Source: Burkholderiaceae bacterium (GTDB lineage: Bacteria; Pseudomonadota; Gammaproteobacteria; Burkholderiales; Burkholderiaceae_C). Taken from it: a stretch of DNA of 64,000 nt. The first letter of the stretch is position 1; each line of letters opens with the position of its first letter. The notes under the pieces were generated by a model, which had not been told where the DNA came from, ran no database searches, and worked only from the letters and a program-made list of their open reading frames with translations. Of this stretch, positions 41,740-50,196 are shown in pieces. Location of the stretch: positions 3,959 through 67,958 of the forward strand of contig JAFMFB010000008.1 in assembly GCA_017856435.1 (NCBI GenBank), in the 5' to 3' direction. A program made the translations under genes and the position numbers.

Positions 41740-41796
41740 TGTCTTCGCGATCAGATCAGATTCAGCCCTGAAGTATGCCTGTTTCTCACGGTCGTC

Positions 41797-44700
41797 CTAG
41801 CGCCGCAGGTCCAGGGTGAAGGGGAACTCGCGACTGGGTTGAGCGGGCTGGACCACAATTTGTCCCGGTGTATGGCCCATCTGGAAAAATCTTGCCAGAC
41901 GACGACTCTCGGCTTCGTAGGCATTGATCGGGAAGGTGTTGTAGTTACGCCCACCCGGATGGGCCACATGGTACTGGCATCCGCCCAATGAACGCTTCAT
42001 CCAGGTGTCGACAATGTCAAAGGTCAGTGGGGCATGCACGCCGATCGAGGGGTGTAGGCTGGAGGGCGGATTCCAGGCCTTGTAGCGAACCCCGGCCACA
42101 TAGTCCCCTGCCGTGCCAGTGGGCTGCAAGGGCAGGGCGCGGCCGTTGACCGTCATCACATAGCGACTGTCGTTATAGCCGCTGACCCGGACTTCGAGCC
42201 GCTCCAGGGAGGAGTCGACGTACCGAACTGTCCCGCCCACCGCGCCTTCTTCGCCCATGACATGCCAGGGTTCCAGGGCATTACGCAACGTCATTTCGAT
42301 GCCACGGGTCGCCAGTTGACCAATCAAGGGAAAGCGAAATTCGAAGTGGGGATCGAACCAGCTCCTCTCGAAGTGATAACCGAATTGGCCCATGTCTTCG
42401 AGGACATCATCAAAGTCCATGCGAACGAACGTGGGGAGCAGAAATCGGTCGTGCAGTTCGGTCCCCCAGCGGGTTAGCTTGCCATGCCAAGGGTGTGACC
42501 AGAAACGGGCAACCAGAGCGCGCAACAGCAGTTGCTGTGCCACACTCATGCGGGCGTGGGGGGGCATTTCAAAGGCTCGCAACTCCAGCAGGCCCAGTCG
42601 ACCGCTGGCGCTGTCAGGGCTGTAGAGTTTGTCGATACAAAACTCGCTGCGGTGGGTGTTGCCCGTCACATCGATCAGGATGTTGCGCAGCGCCCGATCT
42701 ACCAGCCAGGGTGGCATATCCTGACCATGTTTATGCCGGTTTGCTGCCATCTGGTTGAGCGCAATTTCAAGCTCATAGAGCTGATCGTTGCGGGCTTCAT
42801 CCACGCGGGGCGCCTGACTGGTCGGGCCAATGAACAGACCGCTGAAGAGGTAGCTCAGGGACGGGTGGTTGTGCCAATAGGCAATCAGGCTGCCCAGCAG
42901 CTCGGGTCGGCGCAGAAAGGGACTATCGGCGGGTGTGGCGCCCCCGAGCACAAAGTGGTTGCCGCCCCCGGTCCCAGTATGTCGGCCATCGGTCATGAAC
43001 TTCTCTGCGCATAGATGGGTCTGGTGGGCCGCCTCATACAGAAATTCGGTGCGTTCAACCAGTTCGCCCCAATGATGGGCAGGGTGGATATTGACTTCGA
43101 TGACTCCAGGGTCTGGCGTGATCTGGAGCATTTTCAGACGTGGATCGCGGGGGGGCGGGTAACCTTCGAGCACGATCTTGACGGCCAGTTGCTCAGCGGT
43201 TGCTTCGACAGCCGCCAACAGGTCGAGGTAGTCTTCCAGGCGCTGCAAGGGCGGCATGAAGACATACAGATGCTGGCTGTTGCCGCCATGGTGTTTCTCT
43301 GAGTTGGGACCATTGGCACGTTGCGGATCCCGGGCCTCAACACACAGTGCGGTACGGATCTGGCCTGAGGCAGATTCGCCACGCCGGGGCCAGGGGGCTT
43401 GCGCGCCTGTTGCCGTGGTGGAGCCCCAGCCAGACATTTGCGCACCGGGTTGGCCATTGGAGTCACCTGCAGGATGCCCTGAATCGGCGCCAGAACCTGA
43501 TACGGCTCGGCTGCTTGCAAACTGAGTGTTTGACGGGTCTTGCGCTCTGCTGAGGGACACGTTTTGGCCCGGCCTGAGCCCGGTGTACTGATGCACCAGT
43601 GTTGCGGCGCTGGGCAAGGCGCCGCGTGGTGCGAACGGGTCTAGCGGCATGGAGTAATCGGTGTCACCCGCGGCCGCCCAGGGCAGAGAGTCCAGGGGCA
43701 GTCGGTAGCCCATCGGTGAATCGCCAGGGATCAGGTACATGCGCTCATCACGCAAAAACCACGGACCGGTTCGCCAGCGCGCACTGCCCGTCGTGTCATC
43801 ATGATGGGCCTGCAGTGGGAGCACGTAGCCCACGGCGGTCTTGAGGCCCTGGCTGAAGACCCGAAACAAGCGCTGACGTTCCAGGGCATCGTCAAGCTTG
43901 GCATCAAAAGGGTCCACATTGACCGGCAGCCGGCGTTCACGCCATAGAAAGTACCAGGCATCTTCAAAACCGGTACAGACATGTTGGTCGGTCAGGCCCA
44001 ATTTGCTGGCCAGCAGCCGGATGAAATTCTGGGCGTCCTGCGAGGTGTATTGGGCAGACTGTCGCTCGTCAGCAAATAGATCCGGGTTTTGCCAGATGGT
44101 TTGGGCATCGTCTCGCCAGAACAGTGACAAGGCCCATCGGGGCAGTTGTTCGCCCGGGTACCACTTGCCCTGACCCAGATGCACAAAGCCACCAGCACCG
44201 TACTGATGGCGCAAGCGATGCAGCAGCTCAGTGGCGTAATTTCGTTTGCTGGGGCCCAGGGCATCGGTGTTCCACTCGGCAGCATCCCGGTTGCTGGTGG
44301 CCACAAAAGTAGGCTCGCCCCCCATGGTCAGACGGACATCGCCTTTTTGCAGGTCTAGGTCCACCCGCTGGCCCAGCGATTGAATCTCTTGCCACTCCTC
44401 GTCGGTATAGGGTTTGGTCACCCGAGGCGACTCATAGATCCGAGAGACTTGCATGTGATGGCTGAAGGACACCTCGCACTCGTCCAGGGCGCCATCGATT
44501 GGCGCCGCACTGGAGGGCTGAGGGGTGCAGGCCAGCGGAATATGGCCCTCGCCAGCCAGCAGACCTGATGTCGGATCCAGACCGATCCATCCTGCCCCAG
44601 GAAGGAATACTTCACACCAGGCATGCAGGTCGGTGAAGTCGTTTTCAGGCCCGTTGGGGCCGTCCACCGATTTCACATCGGGTGTGAGTTGGATCAGATA

Positions 44701-45315
44701 ACCAGAAACAAAGCGTGCCGCCAGGCCGAGGTGACGCAGCAGTTGAACCAGCAGCCAACCGGTATCCCGACAGGACCCAATGCGTTTTTCAAGTGTTTCT
44801 TCAGGCGTCTGGACACCCGGTTCCATACGGACGGTGTAGTCAATGTCCTGTTGCAGCTGCTGGTTGATCTGAACCAGAAAGTCAATCGTGCGCTGTTTCT
44901 CGGTATTGACCTGGCCCAGATAAGCCTTCAGCAAGGGCGTCAGTTTGTCCTTCACGAGGTAAGGCGCCAGTTCTGCCTGCAGTTCGGCTTCATAGCTAAA
45001 TGGAAAATGCTCGGCCGTTGGCTCCAGGAAAAAGTCGAAGGGGTTGTGAACAGCCATTTCAACCACCAGGTCCACGGTCACCTTGAATTGGCGCATGGGC
45101 TCGGGAAATACCAGACGGGCCTGGTAGTTGGCAAATGGATCCTGTTGCCAGTTGATGAAGTGCTGGGCGGGCTCGATTTTTTGTGAATAGGACAGCACCT
45201 TGCTGCGGCAATGCGGTGCAGGACGCAGGCGCACAACCTGCGGCCCGAGATTGACGAGCCGGTCGTACTGGTAGTGGGTGACGTGATTAAGGGCGACGTG
45301 GATGGCCATGCGCAA
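41797..45315 (-). CDS. Large transglutaminase-family protein with a DUF2126-type C-terminal region
   Basis: 1172 aa. The N-terminus has Bact_transglu_N plus a core with Cys (IGSCRDTGW), His (DLHAWCEV) and Asp (IGLDPTSG). This is followed by a long conserved region containing GGEPTF, GTGGGNH and ELRAFEMPPH, which are typical of DUF2126 proteins. Confidence 0.85.
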   Translation of the reverse strand: MRMAIHVALNHVTHYQYDRLVNLGPQVVRLRPAPHCRSKVLSYSQKIEPAQHFINWQQDPFANYQARLVFPEPMRQFKVTVDLVVEMAVHNPFDFFLEPTAEHFPFSYEAELQAELAPYLVKDKLTPLLKAYLGQVNTEKQRTIDFLVQINQQLQQDIDYTVRMEPGVQTPEETLEKRIGSCRDTGWLLVQLLRHLGLAARFVSGYLIQLTPDVKSVDGPNGPENDFTDLHAWCEVFLPGAGWIGLDPTSGLLAGEGHIPLACTPQPSSAAPIDGALDECEVSFSHHMQVSRIYESPRVTKPYTDEEWQEIQSLGQRVDLDLQKGDVRLTMGGEPTFVATSNRDAAEWNTDALGPSKRNYATELLHRLRHQYGAGGFVHLGQGKWYPGEQLPRWALSLFWRDDAQTIWQNPDLFADERQSAQYTSQDAQNFIRLLASKLGLTDQHVCTGFEDAWYFLWRERRLPVNVDPFDAKLDDALERQRLFRVFSQGLKTAVGYVLPLQAHHDDTTGSARWRTGPWFLRDERMYLIPGDSPMGYRLPLDSLPWAAAGDTDYSMPLDPFAPRGALPSAATLVHQYTGLRPGQNVSLSRAQDPSNTQFASSRAVSGSGADSGHPAGDSNGQPGAQMSGWGSTTATGAQAPWPRRGESASGQIRTALCVEARDPQRANGPNSEKHHGGNSQHLYVFMPPLQRLEDYLDLLAAVEATAEQLAVKIVLEGYPPPRDPRLKMLQITPDPGVIEVNIHPAHHWGELVERTEFLYEAAHQTHLCAEKFMTDGRHTGTGGGNHFVLGGATPADSPFLRRPELLGSLIAYWHNHPSLSYLFSGLFIGPTSQAPRVDEARNDQLYELEIALNQMAANRHKHGQDMPPWLVDRALRNILIDVTGNTHRSEFCIDKLYSPDSASGRLGLLELRAFEMPPHARMSVAQQLLLRALVARFWSHPWHGKLTRWGTELHDRFLLPTFVRMDFDDVLEDMGQFGYHFERSWFDPHFEFRFPLIGQLATRGIEMTLRNALEPWHVMGEEGAVGGTVRYVDSSLERLEVRVSGYNDSRYVMTVNGRALPLQPTGTAGDYVAGVRYKAWNPPSSLHPSIGVHAPLTFDIVDTWMKRSLGGCQYHVAHPGGRNYNTFPINAYEAESRRLARFFQMGHTPGQIVVQPAQPSREFPFTLDLRR

Positions 45316-45506
45316 CTTTCAGAAGGAAGGTTTTGGCTTCTTGAGGGCGGACTTCATGAAGCCATGGGGCCTGAAAAGGCCTTCCAGTCTCAATTTTCCA
45401 TGATTACGGACGGGCATGAAAAAAGGCCGTATAGCGGGGTGGACCCCAGTATTAGCCAAATTGCTATCATGGGTGGACGAAACCCTTCCCCCACCAGGCC
45501 CATGTC

Positions 45507-46952
45507 ATGACCCGCCACAGCTTTGATGAGATGTACGCAGCCCCAGAGCAGGTCAGGGAGCACTACAAAAAATATGCGGCCTGGCTTGCCCAGCAGCCGC
45601 CCGACATCATGGCCGCGCGCAAGGAAGAGGCTGAGATGATATTCAGGCGGGTGGGCATCACCTTTGCGGTGTATGGTGACAAGGACGAAGAGGGCGCTGG
45701 AACCGAGCGGCTCATTCCGTTTGACCTGATACCCCGGGTAATACCGGCTGACGAGTGGACGGTCATGGAGCAAGGTCTGGCTCAGCGGGTGACGGCGCTG
45801 AACAGATTTCTGCATGACATCTACCACGACCAGGAAATCCTCAACGCCGGTCTGGTGCCACGGGAGCAGATTGAGGGCAATGTCCAGTTTCGCAAGGAAA
45901 TGCTGGGCGTGGATGTGCCCGGCGGTGTCTATTCCCATATTGCTGGCGTCGATATCGTGCGTGCGCCCGTGCCTGGTGGGCAAGGCGAGGCACAGTACTA
46001 CGTGCTGGAAGACAATTTGCGGGTTCCCAGTGGGGTGAGCTACATGCTGGAAGACCGCAAAATGATGATGCGTCTCTTCCCAAGTCTGTTCACCCAGAAC
46101 CGGGTGGCGCCTGTCGCCCATTACCCTGACCTGCTACTTGAAACCCTGCGCGCCGTTAGCCCCGCGCACACGGCTTCTCCCACAGTGGTCGTGCTGACCC
46201 CGGGCATGTACAACAGCGCCTATTTCGAGCATGCATTTCTGGCCCAGCAAATGGGCGTCGAGCTGGTCGAAGGCCAGGACCTGTTTGTCAAAGACGGCTT
46301 TGTCTATATGCGAACCACCCGTGGGCCCCAACGGGTGGATGTGATCTACCGACGGGTGGACGATGATTTTCTGGACCCCTCGGTATTCCGTTCAGACTCT
46401 GCGCTGGGCTGCGCTGGCCTGCTGGATGTCTACCGCAAGGGCAATGTGACTCTGTGCAATGCGATTGGAACAGGCGTTGCAGATGACAAGTCGATTTACC
46501 CCTATGTGCCAAAAATGATCGAGTTCTACCTGGGGGAAAAACCTATCCTTCACAATGTCCCCACCTTTATGGGGAGAAATCCGCAGGACCTGAAGTACAT
46601 CCTGGCTAATCTCAGGGATCTGGTGGTCAAGGAGGTACATGGTGCCGGAGGCTACGGCATGTTGGTTGGGCCAGCTTCGACGCAGGCGCAAATCGAAGAC
46701 TTTCGTCAGGCGGTGCTGGCCAAACCCGACGGCTACATCGCTCAGCCCACCTTGAGCCTGTCAACCTGCCCTACTTACGTCAAGAACGGGATTGCCCCGC
46801 GCCATATCGACCTGCGCCCCTTTGTGCTGTCGGGCAAGACGGTACAAACAGTACCTGGCGGCCTGACCCGGGTGGCTTTGAAAGAGGGGTCGCTGGTGGT
46901 GAACTCGTCTCAGGGCGGTGGCACCAAGGACACCTGGGTCCTGGAACCCTGA
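45507..46952 (+). CDS. Circularly permuted type-2 ATP-grasp protein
   Basis: 481 aa. FDEMY...VREHY, RVGITFAVYGD, ERLIPFDLIPR, YVLEDNLRVPSGVSYMLE, NAIGTGVADDKSIY and VVKEVHGAGGYGM are typical of the COG2308-type family. Confidence 0.9.
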   Translation: MTRHSFDEMYAAPEQVREHYKKYAAWLAQQPPDIMAARKEEAEMIFRRVGITFAVYGDKDEEGAGTERLIPFDLIPRVIPADEWTVMEQGLAQRVTALNRFLHDIYHDQEILNAGLVPREQIEGNVQFRKEMLGVDVPGGVYSHIAGVDIVRAPVPGGQGEAQYYVLEDNLRVPSGVSYMLEDRKMMMRLFPSLFTQNRVAPVAHYPDLLLETLRAVSPAHTASPTVVVLTPGMYNSAYFEHAFLAQQMGVELVEGQDLFVKDGFVYMRTTRGPQRVDVIYRRVDDDFLDPSVFRSDSALGCAGLLDVYRKGNVTLCNAIGTGVADDKSIYPYVPKMIEFYLGEKPILHNVPTFMGRNPQDLKYILANLRDLVVKEVHGAGGYGMLVGPASTQAQIEDFRQAVLAKPDGYIAQPTLSLSTCPTYVKNGIAPRHIDLRPFVLSGKTVQTVPGGLTRVALKEGSLVVNSSQGGGTKDTWVLEP

Positions 46953-46967
46953 TTCGGAAGGCAAATC

Positions 46968-47921
46968 ATGTTGTCAAGAACCGCCGATCATTTGTTCTGG
47001 ATGTCGCGTTACACCGAACGTGCCGAGAACACGGCTCGCATGCTCGATGTGAATTACCAGACTTCCTTGCTACCCCAATCTGTGGCTGTGGACCAGTTGG
47101 GCTGGGAGGGCATGCTGCGCATCAGTGAACTGATGACGCCTTACCGGGATCTGCACGATCAATTGAACGCATCGGATGTCATGCACTTCATGGTGCGTGA
47201 GGAAACCAACCCATCCAGCATTGTCTGTTGCCTGAAGGCGGCCCGCGAAAATGCGCGTGCTGTGCGTGGCGCCCTGACCACCGAGGTCTGGGAAACCATC
47301 AACGACACCTGGCTGGACCTGCAACGAAAGCTCAAAGGCAAGGAGTTTGAACGCGATCCGGGAAAATTTTTCGAATGGGTCAAATTCCGCTCTCATCTAT
47401 CCCGGGGCGTGGCTATCGGCACCATGCTGCAGGATGAAGCTTTCAGGTTCTACCGCATGGCCACCTTCTTGGAAAGGGCTGACAACACGGCCAGGCTGCT
47501 AGATGTGAAATTTCACGCCGTACACAGCGACTTTTATGGTGCCGCCAGCCAACTCGACCAGGAGTACGACATCTACCATTGGATTGCGATATTGCGAAGT
47601 GTCAGTGCGTTCGAGGTGTACCGCAAGGTTTACCGCGATGTGATCGCCCCTGAGCGGGTCGCCGAATTGCTGATCCTGCGCGCCGACATGCCGCGCAGCC
47701 TGCACGCCAGCCTCAAGGGCGTAGTGGGCAACCTGGAGCAGTTGGCCAATCAGGCGTCTGGGGAAACCGAAAGATTTGCCGGCAAGTTGTTGTCTGAACT
47801 TCAGTACGGCCAGATCGACGAGATCATGTCGTTCGGCTTGCATACCTTTCTGACGCAGTTTCTCACCCGTATCAACCAGCTCGGTACGCGCATCAGCCAG
47901 GACTTTCTGCTTCCAGCCTGA
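46968..47921 (+). CDS. Alpha-E domain protein
   Basis: 317 aa. MLSRTADHLFWMSRYTERAENTARMLDV and FLERADNTARLLDVKF form the duplicated alpha-helical motif of the COG2307-type family. It starts 15 nt after the ATP-grasp gene. Confidence 0.9.
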   Translation: MLSRTADHLFWMSRYTERAENTARMLDVNYQTSLLPQSVAVDQLGWEGMLRISELMTPYRDLHDQLNASDVMHFMVREETNPSSIVCCLKAARENARAVRGALTTEVWETINDTWLDLQRKLKGKEFERDPGKFFEWVKFRSHLSRGVAIGTMLQDEAFRFYRMATFLERADNTARLLDVKFHAVHSDFYGAASQLDQEYDIYHWIAILRSVSAFEVYRKVYRDVIAPERVAELLILRADMPRSLHASLKGVVGNLEQLANQASGETERFAGKLLSELQYGQIDEIMSFGLHTFLTQFLTRINQLGTRISQDFLLPA

Positions 47922-47948
47922 TCGGCCTGAAAAAACAGGATCCGGCAA

Positions 47949-47967
47949 ACCTGGCAGGTGGCCAGGT
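47949..47967. terminator. Candidate bidirectional terminator hairpin between convergent genes
   Basis: ACCTGGC-aggtg-GCCAGGT is a perfect 7-bp stem with a 5-nt loop, between the alpha-E gene (+) and the reductase gene (-). There is no strong U tract. Confidence 0.3.
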
Positions 47968-47992
47968 CAAGTTGTCTTAAGACCTTCGCGCT

Positions 47993-49081
47993 TCAGGCCC
48001 CGTGCTTGTCTGCCTCGCTGGTGAAGGAATCGGCAAAGAACTCTTCTTCGGGCAAGCCAGCCAGGCTGACATAGTCGCGCCGGGCCGAATCGACCACGAT
48101 GGGCGCCCCACAGGCATACACCTGGTGGCTCGACAGGTCAGGCAGGTCCTGCAAGACCGCTTGATGGACAAAACCGGTGCGACCTTGCCAGCCATCTTGA
48201 GGCAGCGCATCTGAAATCACAGGGATGTACTTCAGGTTGGTCATCTCCCTGGTTTTTTGCAGCACCCAGTCGTTCAAGTAAAGGTCGGTGGGTCGTCGGC
48301 CGCCCCAGTAAAGGACCAGGGATCGGTCAATCGCTTTGTGCTGAATGTGTTCGATGATGGCCTTGATCGGGGCAAACCCAGTCCCTGATGCCAGCAGCAC
48401 GATCGGTTTGTCGGAATCTTCGCGCAGGTAGAAGCTGCCAAGCGGCCCTTCGATGCGCAGGATGTCCTTCTCTTTCAAGGCGCCAAAGACATGGTCGGTG
48501 AATTTGCCGCCTGGCATGTGACGGATATGCAGTTCAATGGCGGGGCCCACGGGTGGGGTGGCATCTTTTTGTCCGATGCCCAAGTGGGGAGCTGTGGCCA
48601 TCGAGTAACTGCGCCGGGCGCCGTCGCGCAACAGAAAATCGACATATTGCCCGGCATGAAAGGCAAAATTGTCGTTGGCGGGCAACTGCAGCCGCAGCAG
48701 CATCACATCAACAGATTTTTTATCCAGCTGACTGACTCGAACTGGCAGCTTGCGTACCGGATAGGACCGCTCATCGGTGACCTGCCGCGATTCCAGCACC
48801 ACATCGCTTTGCGGGACGCCACAACAGGCCAGCACCATGCCCTGGGCCTCTTCATCCTGACTGAGGGCCTTGGTCTGATGCTGACCATGGGTCACCCTAC
48901 CTTCTAGTTTTTTGCATTTGCAAGAGCCGCAGGCGCCATCCTTGCATCCGTAGGGCAGTCCGATGCCTTGGCGAATGGCAGCAGCCAGCAGGGTTTCGCC
49001 CGGCTGCACGACAAAACTGCGGCCACTGGGTTGAACGGTGACCTTGAATTCGGCCTGGGGCAGTGATTCATTGGCTGACAT
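47993..49081 (-). CDS. 2Fe-2S ferredoxin / FAD-NAD(P) oxidoreductase fusion (CDP-6-deoxy-delta-3,4-glucoseen reductase-like, FNR family)
   Basis: The plant-type ferredoxin motif CKDGACGSCKC is followed by FNR-like RSYSMA, a GG..T region and LLASGTGFAP. I chose the ATG at 49081 (MSANESLPQAEFKVTV). Confidence 0.85.
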   Translation of the reverse strand: MSANESLPQAEFKVTVQPSGRSFVVQPGETLLAAAIRQGIGLPYGCKDGACGSCKCKKLEGRVTHGQHQTKALSQDEEAQGMVLACCGVPQSDVVLESRQVTDERSYPVRKLPVRVSQLDKKSVDVMLLRLQLPANDNFAFHAGQYVDFLLRDGARRSYSMATAPHLGIGQKDATPPVGPAIELHIRHMPGGKFTDHVFGALKEKDILRIEGPLGSFYLREDSDKPIVLLASGTGFAPIKAIIEHIQHKAIDRSLVLYWGGRRPTDLYLNDWVLQKTREMTNLKYIPVISDALPQDGWQGRTGFVHQAVLQDLPDLSSHQVYACGAPIVVDSARRDYVSLAGLPEEEFFADSFTSEADKHGA

Positions 49082-50067
49082 TTTTTTGTATCCTTCAGGG
49101 GTTCGAACACGCAAAGCCTGAGATTGTGCCTTCAAATCAAACTCCACTAGGCGCCCTGCCGGCCCGTTTCCGTCGCCCCCGACTGTTGATCATTGGTTGT
49201 GGTGATGTAGGCCTTCGGGTCGTCCGCGAGCTGGCTGGCCGGGGCAGGGCGCTGGCTCTGACATCATCGCCTGAGCGACTGCCCCAACTGCGCAAGCATG
49301 GACTGGTGCCGCTGGTGGGTAACCTGGATCAGCCCGCTACCTTGCGTCGGCTGGCGGGGCTGGCTACACAAGTGCTTCATCTGGCGCCGCCGCCGGCGCA
49401 GGGCTGGACCGATCCCCGTACCAAAGCGCTGGTTCAGGCCCTGAGTCGGCGCTGCCCGCCGGCAGAATTCGTTTATGCATCGACCAGTGGTGTCTACGGC
49501 GACTGTGAGGGAGCGCTGATCGGGGAGTCACGGCCCGTCAAGCCGCATACCCAGCGTGCAGTTCGAAGGGTTGATGCTGAGCGTACGGTTCGCTTCTTTG
49601 GCCGGTCAGCAGCACTTCGCACCAGCATTCTGCGTGTGCCAGGAATTTATGCACCAGATCGGGAGGGGGGAACGCCGCGCAATCGCTTGCTCAAGGGTAC
49701 GCCGGTATTGCAGGCCAGTGATGATGTTTTCACCAACCATATTCACGCAGACGATCTGGCGCGTGCCTGCATTGCTGCGCTTTGGCGGGGACGACCCCAG
49801 CGCGTGTATCACGTCAATGATAAGACTGATCTCAAGATGGGAGACTACTTTGATCTGGCGGCAGATCTCTATGGTTTGCCCAGGCCCCCCCGGGTGGCTC
49901 GCAGTACCGCCCCTGATCAACTGCCTTTGATGCTCCTCAGTTTCATGAGTGAATCGCGACGACTGGACAATACCCGGTTATTGACGGAGCTGAACCTCAA
50001 ACTGCGGTACCCAACCGTTCGGGAGGGGCTGATAGAGCGAAAAGCGCTAAAAGAGACAATGCCGTGA
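49063..50067 (+). CDS. NAD(P)-binding SDR/epimerase-family protein
   Basis: Rossmann motif LLIIGCGDVG near the N-terminus, with a later YASTSGVYGD segment. The true start is uncertain. The first ATG (49063) overlaps the divergent gene, and a TTG around 49186 is possible. Confidence 0.7.
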   Translation: MIHWLTFFCILQGFEHAKPEIVPSNQTPLGALPARFRRPRLLIIGCGDVGLRVVRELAGRGRALALTSSPERLPQLRKHGLVPLVGNLDQPATLRRLAGLATQVLHLAPPPAQGWTDPRTKALVQALSRRCPPAEFVYASTSGVYGDCEGALIGESRPVKPHTQRAVRRVDAERTVRFFGRSAALRTSILRVPGIYAPDREGGTPRNRLLKGTPVLQASDDVFTNHIHADDLARACIAALWRGRPQRVYHVNDKTDLKMGDYFDLAADLYGLPRPPRVARSTAPDQLPLMLLSFMSESRRLDNTRLLTELNLKLRYPTVREGLIERKALKETMP

Positions 50068-50196
50068 GTATTCTCAAACTTTGAGCCCTGGGCGTGCCAA
50101 ATTAACCTTGTGAAGCTGCTCTGGCAGGATTAGGATGTTCTTGCAAGTTCCTCAAGTGGCGCAGGAAGTCGGACCGACAACTCAAATTTCATTCAA

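Noticed and set aside
45367-45510. Small upstream ORF (MGPEKAFQSQFSMITDGHEKRPYSGVDPSISQIAIMGGRNPSPTRPMS) whose stop overlaps the ATP-grasp start codon in an ATGA. It could in principle be a coupled leader or precursor peptide for the ligase.
   Set aside because: None of its ATGs has a Shine-Dalgarno sequence. Its third-position GC content is visibly lower than in neighbouring genes, and it uses rare codons (AGG, CGA, GGA). It lies in the divergent promoter region, where open frames arise by chance. It would only be worth revisiting if ribosome profiling or conservation supports it.
49063-49081. Apparent 19-nt overlap of the divergent reductase and SDR gene starts.
   Set aside because: The SDR start is poorly defined. 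Its Rossmann motif begins about 40 codons downstream and alternative TTG/GTG starts exist, so the overlap is probably an artefact of taking the first ATG.
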